DNA of 64,000 nucleotides from Candidatus Omnitrophota bacterium (GTDB taxonomy: Bacteria > Omnitrophota > Gorgyraeia > JABMRN01 > RBG-13-46-9). The stretch spans positions 655 through 64,654 of the forward strand of contig JADHYN010000001.1 of NCBI GenBank assembly GCA_016782425.1, written 5' to 3'. The notes beneath the pieces are model-generated. The model did not search any database. It worked only from the letters and a program-made list of their open reading frames with translations, and was not told the DNA's origin. Shown in pieces: positions 56,834 to 64,000 of this stretch. The position numbers and the translations under genes were made by a program. Position 1 is the first letter of the stretch, and the number at the start of each line of letters is the position of its first letter.

Positions 56834-57610
56834 TCAAACCTTGCCTCTTCTTTTCAAGGTGTCTTCCGAGCTGATAGGATTAACTCTCTTTTTTTGTGCG
56901 TCATAAACCGAAACGGTATTCAATCCGGCAAAATGCGCTTTTATAATATTCATTTCCGGATTCGTTAACGGTTTTACCCTGCATGGCCTAAGAGGCGTGT
57001 TTAGCTGAACTTCATCGGGACTAATTTCTTTTGCAATCTTCGCAATCTCCTGCACATAGCTTTTATTTTGTTCTATGAACATAATCTGCAACGCCAATTT
57101 TCCTATATAGCAGCTTTTAAAGTCTTTTACTGCCTGAATAATATTTTCAATTTTTATAGTGCTTAACGGCTTATTTACTTGGTTAAAAACTTTTTGCATA
57201 GAACTATCTAATTTGGCAACGACAAAATCCGCACAAAAGAGGTCTTTTTGGACATCTTCTCGGTTCAAAAGCGAGGAATTAGTCAAAACTGCTATTTTCT
57301 CATTTCGTATTTTCTTTATCGCCCTTATCATATCGCCCAGGTTTTTCGCCAATGTCGGCTCACCGGTTCCGGAAAAAGTTATGTAATCGATTTTGAGATG
57401 TGGCAGGCTATCAAACTCTTCTATTACATCCTCAACCTTAACAAACGTCTTCCGTTTATCGGTTAATATCTTAGTCTTTCCGATCTGGCAATATACACAA
57501 TCGAATGTGCAAACCTTCTCACCCTTAGACAAAGGATCTATCCCCAGAGAACTGCCTAACCTCCAGGACGGTACAGGCCCATAAATATATTTATAGTTTT
57601 TTTGGCTCAT
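56834..57610 (-). CDS. Radical SAM protein (COG0731-like)
   Basis: [30 protein letters not shown]. Confidence 0.88.
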   Translation of the reverse strand: MSQKNYKYIYGPVPSWRLGSSLGIDPLSKGEKVCTFDCVYCQIGKTKILTDKRKTFVKVEDVIEEFDSLPHLKIDYITFSGTGEPTLAKNLGDMIRAIKKIRNEKIAVLTNSSLLNREDVQKDLFCADFVVAKLDSSMQKVFNQVNKPLSTIKIENIIQAVKDFKSCYIGKLALQIMFIEQNKSYVQEIAKIAKEISPDEVQLNTPLRPCRVKPLTNPEMNIIKAHFAGLNTVSVYDAQKKRVNPISSEDTLKRRGKV

Positions 57611-58424
57611 CCAAAACACTCGCAATCTTCACCATAATTTCATTCATGATGTTCGCTGTTTGTGTCTGTCTTTTAAAATGAATAAATGGTTGCCCCGAAT
57701 CTCCAAACTTTACCATTTCAGGTTCAATAGGTATTCTTCCTAAGAACGGCACTTTTAAATCATGAGCCGATTTCTCGCCACCACCCATTCCGAATAAATC
57801 TATCTCTTTTTTGCAGTGCGGGCACAAGAAACCGCTCATATTCTCAATTATACCAATAACAGGCATTTTCAACTCTTTCGCGAATAAAACACTCTTTCTT
57901 GAATCCAAAATAGCCACATCCTGCGGCGTAGTGACCACTATCGCTCCATTTATGTCCGGAATAAGCTGGCATACGCTCAATGGTTCATCACCGGTTCCAG
58001 GAGGAGAATCCACTATTAAGTAATCAAGCTCCCCCCAGTTAACATCAGCCAAAAACTGTTTTATGGTTACCATTTTGAGGGGGCCGCGCCAAACAATAGG
58101 CTGATCTTGATTCTCAAATAACAAAGCAAGACTTACTGCTTTTAGGTTAGGCAAAACTTCCATGGGCTCAATTCCGGACTCAGAACCTATGAGCCTTTTG
58201 CCTTCAATCCCTAACATTTTGGCAATATTGGGCCCGTGAATATCGACATCCAGAATGCCCACCTTATTTCCTTTGACAGCCAGCCCATACGCTAAATTAA
58301 CGGCAACTGTGCTCTTGCCGACTCCGCCTTTTCCGCTTATTACAATAAGCTTATATTTTATTTTAAACATCCTCTCTTTGAGGCGGTTCTCTTGTTCGAT
58401 TCTTTCTTCGTCTTTTTTCTGCAT
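57591..58424 (-). CDS. Mrp/NBP35 Fe-S cluster carrier ATPase
   Basis: [30 protein letters not shown]. Confidence 0.92.
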   Translation of the reverse strand: MQKKDEERIEQENRLKERMFKIKYKLIVISGKGGVGKSTVAVNLAYGLAVKGNKVGILDVDIHGPNIAKMLGIEGKRLIGSESGIEPMEVLPNLKAVSLALLFENQDQPIVWRGPLKMVTIKQFLADVNWGELDYLIVDSPPGTGDEPLSVCQLIPDINGAIVVTTPQDVAILDSRKSVLFAKELKMPVIGIIENMSGFLCPHCKKEIDLFGMGGGEKSAHDLKVPFLGRIPIEPEMVKFGDSGQPFIHFKRQTQTANIMNEIMVKIASVLDEPKKL

Positions 58425-58448
58425 CAGCAATCTTCTTATTAATTTTAT

Positions 58449-59348
58449 CTAGGGCTTATCAATTCCTGTTTGTAACTTTTCCCATGCCTCGTTTATTTCC
58501 TTTTTGGCCTTTCCGCCAGCGTATTCTGTTATTGTCTTCCCTTTAACCATCGCCTCTACCACAGATTTATCGAAAGGGATTTTGCCTACTAAACCGATAT
58601 TATTTACCTTTGAGTATTCCTCTATTTTTTGCGTCATATCCGTATTAAGGTCGTACTTATTTACGATTAATTTCGCTAAAATACCAAAATGTTTGGCTAC
58701 ACTTATAACCCTATCCGCATCATGAAGCCCTGAAAGCGTCGGCTCTGTAACAACAATAGCACAGTCTATGCCTGAAAGAGACGCTATGACAGGACACCCT
58801 ATCCCGGGCGCGCCGTCTATGATTACGAGATCCGCTTTTTTTGCTTCGGCCAGTTCCTTTGCCTTTTGCCTAACAAGGCTTACAAGCTTCCCGGAATTTT
58901 CCTCCGCTATGCCGAGCTTGGCATGTACCATAGGGCCAAAACGTGTATTAGAGATAAACCATTCGCCTGAAATATTTTCTTCCATTTTTATGGCGCCTAC
59001 GGGACAAGCAAAACTGCAAAAAGCGCATCCTTCGCAGGAAACTCGGTCTACGGTAAAATCCTCGCTTACCTCGTTAGAAATGTCATTTCTAACGGGGCTA
59101 ATAGCATTGAAACGGCAAATTTCTATACATTTGCCGCATTGAACACATTTATTTTTATCTATGAAAGCCGTTTTACCGCTTCGAAATTCATATCGTTCTT
59201 TTATGTTAGGCTGCAACAATAAATGTAGGTCCGCCGCGTCCACATCGCAATCAGCCATTACTTTGTTTTTCGCAAGGGCGGCAAACGCTCCCGTAATTAC
59301 GGTTTTCCCTGTTCCGCCTTTTCCGCTTATTATTACGATTTGCTTCAC
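58449..59348 (-). CDS. MinD-superfamily ATPase with inserted 2x[4Fe-4S] ferredoxin domain (Orp-like)
   Basis: SGKGGTGKT, DCDVD, CVQCGKCIEIC, CEGCAFCSFAC, PGIGCP; GTG start. Confidence 0.9.
   Translation of the reverse strand: MKQIVIISGKGGTGKTVITGAFAALAKNKVMADCDVDAADLHLLLQPNIKERYEFRSGKTAFIDKNKCVQCGKCIEICRFNAISPVRNDISNEVSEDFTVDRVSCEGCAFCSFACPVGAIKMEENISGEWFISNTRFGPMVHAKLGIAEENSGKLVSLVRQKAKELAEAKKADLVIIDGAPGIGCPVIASLSGIDCAIVVTEPTLSGLHDADRVISVAKHFGILAKLIVNKYDLNTDMTQKIEEYSKVNNIGLVGKIPFDKSVVEAMVKGKTITEYAGGKAKKEINEAWEKLQTGIDKP
59069..59097. mobile_element. 29-bp palindromic MITE-like insertion, in frame inside the ATPase gene
   Basis: CCTCGTTAGAAATG-T-CATTTCTAACGGGG flanked by CTTA/CTAA; 33 bp = 11 codons (SPVRNDISNEV). 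Confidence 0.7.
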
Positions 59349-59359
59349 TATAACCTTTC

Positions 59360-60712
59360 TCACATTTTGTCTGACGCGTTTTGAGCCGCCAGCACAACCG
59401 GATACATTGTCGGAGCAGACGTCAAATATGGATGGGTTGCCATTTGCAATGTCTCCAGTTCCGTTACAGAAACTCTCTGCTGAATTGCCATGCCGATAAT
59501 GTTAATTATCTCTCCGGCGGATATACCTCCGACAACCTGGCCGCCCATTAAAATACCGGATTGTCTGGAAAAAATAAGCTTTACTCTCACTTTATTCGCT
59601 CCGGGAAGGCTTCCGGGATGCTTATCTATACTTTCCGTATTTCCCGAAACAATCTCAAACCCTTCTTTTTTAGCGCTTGTTTCCGTAAGTCCCGCAGAAC
59701 CTAAAACCAGGCCATCCACATAAGTCGAGTAAATCGCGATCGTTCCTTTGTTTTCACGCACAACTTTTAGCCGATAGAGGTTGGCTCCGGCAATTCTCGC
59801 TTCAGCTGTAGCGGTAGAAGCGAGCATAACAGGCGTATCTCTTCTTGTATAAAAATCTCGTTTCCCGGCGCAATCACCTACCGCGAAAATATCAGGATCA
59901 GCGGTACGCATGTATTCATCTACCCATATACCCTTGCCTCTCCCTAAATCCAAGCCTGCCTCAGTTGCCAAAGTTGTGTTAGGAACGGATCCTATTCCTA
60001 AAATAACACTGTCTATTCTTAACTCTTTCCCGTTGTCAAACCGCACACCTTTTATCTTATCATCCCCCAAAAATTCAACCACCTTAGTGCTGGTTAAAAG
60101 GGTAACGCCCCCTGACTTTAGCCTTTCTTCAACCAACAAAGAAAACTCATCATCAAAAGAATTCGCGAGCAAACGGGGAAGAACTTCGGCTAAATATACA
60201 TTAATGTCATTTATTTTTGAGATCTCATCAGCAAACTCAACGCCTATAAATCCGCCGCCAAGAATCAATACATTTTTCGCTTTTTTAAGTTTAGTTATAA
60301 TTGCTTTAAGATAATTCATGTCCTTATATACGGGGTAGATTCCTTCTTTCTCAATCCCGGCTATAGAAGGCTTAATTGGCATAGATCCCGGGGCAAGGAC
60401 AAGTTTCTCATATTCATATTCTTCACCGCTTTTAGCAGTTATTTTTTTTGCGCTACGATCCATCTTTACCGCTTCGTCAATAATAACTTCTATGTTATTC
60501 TTTTTAAGAGCGTCAAGTCCCAGCTTATTGTCATCAGGATTTTTAAGACTCCAGAACATATAGGGAATCCCGCACGGAATACAACCGTTAACTACATTTT
60601 TCATAACCACAACGTCTTTATCCGGATAATACCTTTTTGCCGTAATCGCGCTTACGAGCCCGGCCGGTCCTCCTCCGATAATAAGAACACCCACTTTTTT
60701 AACCATAAACAC
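59360..60712 (-). CDS. FAD-dependent pyridine nucleotide-disulfide oxidoreductase (NADH oxidase/CoA-disulfide reductase-like)
   Basis: GGGPAG, IPCGIPY redox Cys, GGGFIG, AVGDC, THP. Confidence 0.88.
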   Translation of the reverse strand: MFMVKKVGVLIIGGGPAGLVSAITAKRYYPDKDVVVMKNVVNGCIPCGIPYMFWSLKNPDDNKLGLDALKKNNIEVIIDEAVKMDRSAKKITAKSGEEYEYEKLVLAPGSMPIKPSIAGIEKEGIYPVYKDMNYLKAIITKLKKAKNVLILGGGFIGVEFADEISKINDINVYLAEVLPRLLANSFDDEFSLLVEERLKSGGVTLLTSTKVVEFLGDDKIKGVRFDNGKELRIDSVILGIGSVPNTTLATEAGLDLGRGKGIWVDEYMRTADPDIFAVGDCAGKRDFYTRRDTPVMLASTATAEARIAGANLYRLKVVRENKGTIAIYSTYVDGLVLGSAGLTETSAKKEGFEIVSGNTESIDKHPGSLPGANKVRVKLIFSRQSGILMGGQVVGGISAGEIINIIGMAIQQRVSVTELETLQMATHPYLTSAPTMYPVVLAAQNASDKM

Positions 60713-60719
60713 CTTTCTT

Positions 60720-61103
60720 TTATGAAGATTCCAGCATTACACAGAGTCCGTAAATCACATCAATATTATTATCACGGCAAAATTTTATTGCGGTTTCACT
60801 TTCGGCTCCCGGTTGAAGCCAGACTCTTTTAATGGATTTTTTCCGGCATTCCTTTACTATTGTTTCAGTAACAGAAGGCGGGGTAACCACATTAACGACA
60901 TCGATATTAAAAGGGATATCGCTTATGCTTTTATAGCATTTTATCCCATCGACATCGCTAAGACGGGGGTTAACAGGAAAGGCCTCATACCCTTTTTTTA
61001 TTAAAGTTTTCAAAATCTTATACGCGTATTTAGCTTCATTTCTAAACGAGCCAACAATCGCAAACCTCTTTTGTTTTAAAAAATCTTTAATTAGGCTTTC
61101 CAT
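60720..61103 (-). CDS. CoA-binding protein (YccU-like)
   Basis: AIVG, PVNP, VWLQPG, C-terminal Cys. Confidence 0.88.
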   Translation of the reverse strand: MESLIKDFLKQKRFAIVGSFRNEAKYAYKILKTLIKKGYEAFPVNPRLSDVDGIKCYKSISDIPFNIDVVNVVTPPSVTETIVKECRKKSIKRVWLQPGAESETAIKFCRDNNIDVIYGLCVMLESS

Positions 61104-61944
61104 CTTTAATTTTGTTAAAAAGCTCTTCAAAATCTTTTTTGTATTCGGGAAACGTTTTCACAATCGACTCACCTTTAGAATAGGCAACTGCTATCTCTTT
61201 CTTAAAAGGTATACGCATGAGAATAGGAATATTCTGTTCCTTGCAATATTTGTCTGTTTTCTCATCGCCTAAATCAGAACGGTTAATCACGACTCCGAAC
61301 CGAATCTTGAGTTTCCTCAAGACTTCTACCGCAAGGGTTAAATCATTTAACCCAAAGGGCGTCGGCTCGGTAACAAGCACACAAAAATCGCTTTTCTTTA
61401 TAGTCTCAACTACGGGGCATGACGTTCCGGGAGGGGCATCGATAATAACAGTGCGTGTTGGATTGAGATGTTTTTTGATTTCCCTTATAACGGGAGGCGC
61501 CATTGCTTCGCCTATATTCAATCGCCCGTGTATAAATTGTATAGACTCAACCGTGCCAATTTCAATTTCACCGATTTCTTTATTCACTTCCTTTATGGCG
61601 CTTTCAGGACAAAAATAAGAACAACTTCCGCAGCCATGGCAAAGGTTCGAAAAAACTAGAATGTTTCCCTTTTTGCCATCAGTTCCTCCTATTACGGCAA
61701 TGACATTGTAAGCGCATACCTCACGGCACCTGCCGCAATAGGTACACTTTTCCTCATCTATTTCCGGAATGGGAATATAAACTTTTTTTGTTTCTTTTAT
61801 CTTGGGTTTTAAAAAAATGTGGGCGTTTGGTTCTTCCGCGTCGCAATCCAAAAACTGCACTTCCTTATTTATAGAAAGCGCTAAATTGACCGCTATCGTA
61901 GTCTTACCTGTTCCGCCTTTCCCGCTTGCAACTGAAATAACCAT
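61087..61944 (-). CDS. MinD-superfamily ATPase with 2x[4Fe-4S] domain (Orp-like)
   Basis: SGKGGTGKT, DCDAEEPN, CTYCGRCREVC, CHGCGSCSYFC, PPGTSCP. Confidence 0.9.
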   Translation of the reverse strand: MVISVASGKGGTGKTTIAVNLALSINKEVQFLDCDAEEPNAHIFLKPKIKETKKVYIPIPEIDEEKCTYCGRCREVCAYNVIAVIGGTDGKKGNILVFSNLCHGCGSCSYFCPESAIKEVNKEIGEIEIGTVESIQFIHGRLNIGEAMAPPVIREIKKHLNPTRTVIIDAPPGTSCPVVETIKKSDFCVLVTEPTPFGLNDLTLAVEVLRKLKIRFGVVINRSDLGDEKTDKYCKEQNIPILMRIPFKKEIAVAYSKGESIVKTFPEYKKDFEELFNKIKDGKPN

Positions 61945-61948
61945 AATT

Positions 61949-62560
61949 TTATATAATCGGTTTATACGCTATAAACATTTCCTGAAATTTACTATTATAT
62001 TTTTCTGTTTTAAAGCCCTTTTCACATAAATATCTATGTATATCTTGCAGATTAAATTTAGCTGTTCTGTGACTCCTGCCCTCTTGGGCATGGATCTTAT
62101 TGAGTACCTCAAATCCATCCTTAGTGAAATCGCTTAGAACAATCTTTCCTTCAAAAGTAAGAACCCTTATAAACTCATCCATTACCTTAAAAGGGTTCTC
62201 GAAATGATGAACTGTATTTATTGATAAAATAATATCGAAGCTTTTATCATCAAAGCTTAAATGCTCGGCATTTTCAATCTTAAAATCAACGGTCTTTTCT
62301 AATCCGGCATATTTTAGATTTAGTTTTGCGATATTCTGTTCTTCTCTAGAGATGTCAACACTTGTAAACTGATATCCTTCTTTGGCAAGAATCAACGTAA
62401 AATGGCCTTTACCGGTCCCAACTTCAAGGATATCATCGAATAACGGCTCGGCCTTATCAAGAACGAATTCTCGTTCTTTGTCTATGTCGAATCCGTGACT
62501 TTGGTACAGCTTCTTACGCTCTAAATAACGTTTGTGGTTTTCTAAAACTTTTCTTTCCAA
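61949..62560 (-). CDS. Class I SAM-dependent methyltransferase
   Basis: LEVGTGKG, SVDIS, HHF; TTG 62560 start avoids overlap with the upstream gene. Confidence 0.82.
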   Translation of the reverse strand: MERKVLENHKRYLERKKLYQSHGFDIDKEREFVLDKAEPLFDDILEVGTGKGHFTLILAKEGYQFTSVDISREEQNIAKLNLKYAGLEKTVDFKIENAEHLSFDDKSFDIILSINTVHHFENPFKVMDEFIRVLTFEGKIVLSDFTKDGFEVLNKIHAQEGRSHRTAKFNLQDIHRYLCEKGFKTEKYNSKFQEMFIAYKPII

Positions 62561-62571
62561 AATTAATCTTT

Positions 62572-62796
62572 CTAAGCCTTCGTCATTTTCGTCCCGCATT
62601 TCGGGCAATTTACCGAATAACAAGGCGCTCCCTGCTGATGCTGTAGTCTCTCGCCACAATTCGTACAAACACAATATCCGCCGGGTCCTGATCCCGGACG
62701 GTTTCCGCCCATGCGGCCTCTGCCGCCACCTCTACCCATGCCTCTACCTGTTCCCGGTCCTCCTCCTAAAGGTCCTGTTCCGTCTCCACCTGGCAT
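62572..62796 (-). CDS. DUF5320-like Gly/Arg-rich protein with zinc ribbon
   Basis: MPGGDGTGP start; CxCxxC-x5-H-x5-C-x4-CxxC. Confidence 0.82.
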   Translation of the reverse strand: MPGGDGTGPLGGGPGTGRGMGRGGGRGRMGGNRPGSGPGGYCVCTNCGERLQHQQGAPCYSVNCPKCGTKMTKA

Positions 62797-62820
62797 TTTA
62801 CTCACCTCCTATTTTGTTTC

Positions 62821-63195
62821 CTATTTTCTTGGCGGCATGCCAAATTTTGAATTCACGCTCGGCCCGCCTGTAGATTTAAGCCCACCTTTTTTGTATTTTT
62901 CAACAGCTTCTTTAACCGTACCGGAAACTCCGGTAATTACCTCTACACCGGCCGCTTGTAAAGTCTGAAACGCGTTAGGCCCGACATTTCCCGTAAGCAC
63001 GGTTTTCGCTTTTTTATCAGCAATAAGCTGCCCGGACTGGACTCCGGCTCCACCCATTGAGTCAATATTAGGATTTTTTACCACCTCGAGTTTCATAGTG
63101 TCGGTATCTACGACAATAAAATATTGACATCTACCAAAACGCGGATCAACTTTAGAATCCAGATTGTCACCTTCCGAAGTAATGCAAATTTTCAT
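62821..63195 (-). CDS. NifB/NifX family (MTH1175/orange-protein-like) metal-cluster-binding protein
   Basis: [19 protein letters not shown]. Confidence 0.88.
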   Translation of the reverse strand: MKICITSEGDNLDSKVDPRFGRCQYFIVVDTDTMKLEVVKNPNIDSMGGAGVQSGQLIADKKAKTVLTGNVGPNAFQTLQAAGVEVITGVSGTVKEAVEKYKKGGLKSTGGPSVNSKFGMPPRK

Positions 63196-63210
63196 ATCCT
63201 CCCCTTTCTT

Positions 63211-63609
63211 TTAATCATCGCAATCCTTTTCATTAGGATGGTCACACTCGGACTTCTCTATGCCATAGCCTTTTCCTGCGCCGGGCTTGCAAAGGCTTTC
63301 CCCACCCTCAAGTGTTCCTTTCAGAATTTTTTTTAAAACTTCGTCGATTTTTCCGCTTATGCCGACAATCGCTTTAATGTTAAGCTCTTCAAAAAATTGA
63401 GTTGCCCGCATTCCCATCCCCCCGGCTATTATAACATTTACTCCCTTTTCGTGCAAAAATTGGGGTATTGCACCCGGCTGATGGCCCGGATTTGGTACAA
63501 CCTCTTTTTTTATCAGCTTATTTTCACTAATATCTAAAATGGTGAACTCCGGACATCGCCCGAAGTGGGCAGATACATTGTCCCCGTCAGTTGATATAGC
63601 TATTTTCAT
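63211..63609 (-). CDS. NifB/NifX family protein
   Basis: SAHFGRCPEF, NPGHQPG, AGGMG. Confidence 0.88.
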   Translation of the reverse strand: MKIAISTDGDNVSAHFGRCPEFTILDISENKLIKKEVVPNPGHQPGAIPQFLHEKGVNVIIAGGMGMRATQFFEELNIKAIVGISGKIDEVLKKILKGTLEGGESLCKPGAGKGYGIEKSECDHPNEKDCDD

Positions 63610-63627
63610 AAGCACTCCTAATATTAC

Positions 63628-63709
63628 GTTCAGAAGTCAGAAATCAGAGGTCAGAGGTCAGATTTTTAGACTCGTCTGACTTCTGTATTCTGACTTCTGT
63701 ATTCTGAAC
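63628..63709. repeat. Inverted arrays of 7-bp tandem repeats
   Basis: 5 x TCAGARR-like units, a 12-bp spacer, then 5 x TCTG(AC/TA)T-like units; arms 28/35 complementary. Confidence 0.85.
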
Positions 63710-64000
63710 TTATTTCTTCTCACTTTTCGCCGCAGACTCAAGCTCTTTCACCCGAGCGTTAACAGCGTCAAGTTCTTCTTTAAGAAGCGAAGCCTCTTCC
63801 TTTAACGCCTTTGCCTCGTCTTTTGACGTTGCCTCCGGGTATGCATAACCATACTGCGGGTAACCGTAAGCATAAGGATAGGCTGCTCTAGCCCGGCCCC
63901 GGCCTCTGCCAAAGCCTCTTCCAAATCCTCTGCCACCGCCACGGCCATATCCTAATCCTCTTCCCGGGATAGGGTTTGCGTAACCCGGCACCGGGTAACC
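63710..64000 (-). CDS. DUF5320-like protein (Gly/Arg-rich with C-terminal coiled coil), 5' end outside window
   Basis: Frame open to the window edge; PGYANP, GRGFGRG repeats, LKEEASLLKEEL coil. Confidence 0.8.
   Translation of the reverse strand, partial: GYPVPGYANPIPGRGLGYGRGGGRGFGRGFGRGRGRARAAYPYAYGYPQYGYAYPEATSKDEAKALKEEASLLKEELDAVNARVKELESAAKSEKK

Noticed and set aside
335-63336. Numerous plus-strand ORFs in the track
   Set aside because: All overlap well-supported minus-strand genes and have no recognisable motifs; antisense shadows
62821-63609. Nitrogen fixation genes
   Set aside because: NifB/NifX-like domains only; no nifHDK/ENB in the window
3647-64000. Selenocysteine or stop-codon recoding in redox proteins
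   Set aside because: CxxC motifs are all Cys-encoded and the ORFs are full length without in-frame TGA

Overview
Bacterial chromosomal segment (AT-rich, standard genetic code). About 62 credible genes all lie on the minus strand; the plus-strand ORFs look like antisense shadows. The gene content suggests an anaerobe (inference). Reading from the right end in the direction of transcription: (1) ~51.6-64 kb, a large metal/Fe-S/redox cluster resembling an expanded Desulfovibrio 'orange protein' (orp) locus, with NifB/NifX-type proteins, two ferredoxin-containing MinD-like ATPases, Mrp, a flavoprotein oxidoreductase, radical SAM, DUF89, MBL-fold, CDF-NifX fusion, TrxA and Gly/Arg-rich zinc-ribbon proteins; (2) 48-51.5 kb, a His/Cys-rich membrane protein and a nikR-porin-UreH-like operon with a visible promoter and operator; (3) nadE and an orphan PAS histidine kinase; (4) 12.7-45.5 kb, a ~33-kb surface-glycan cluster containing a UDP-sulfoquinovose synthase (SqdB/Agl3) homologue with a 6-Cys N-terminal extension coupled to a thioredoxin, two AlkP-family enzymes, four B12-binding radical SAM enzymes, three class I methyltransferases, GT-C transferases, a formyltransferase and a deacetylase; (5) a rearranged junction with a 219-bp duplication around an AAA+/DUF4143 gene; (6) HI0933 flavoprotein, maf, an RsbW-GNAT fusion and an arsP/arsEFG-like/acr3 arsenic cluster. 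Several small palindromic elements are scattered through the window, including a 29-bp MITE-like hairpin inserted in frame inside an ATPase gene. No rRNA, tRNA, CRISPR array, integrase or transposase was seen. All product calls come from motif recognition by eye, not database searches.
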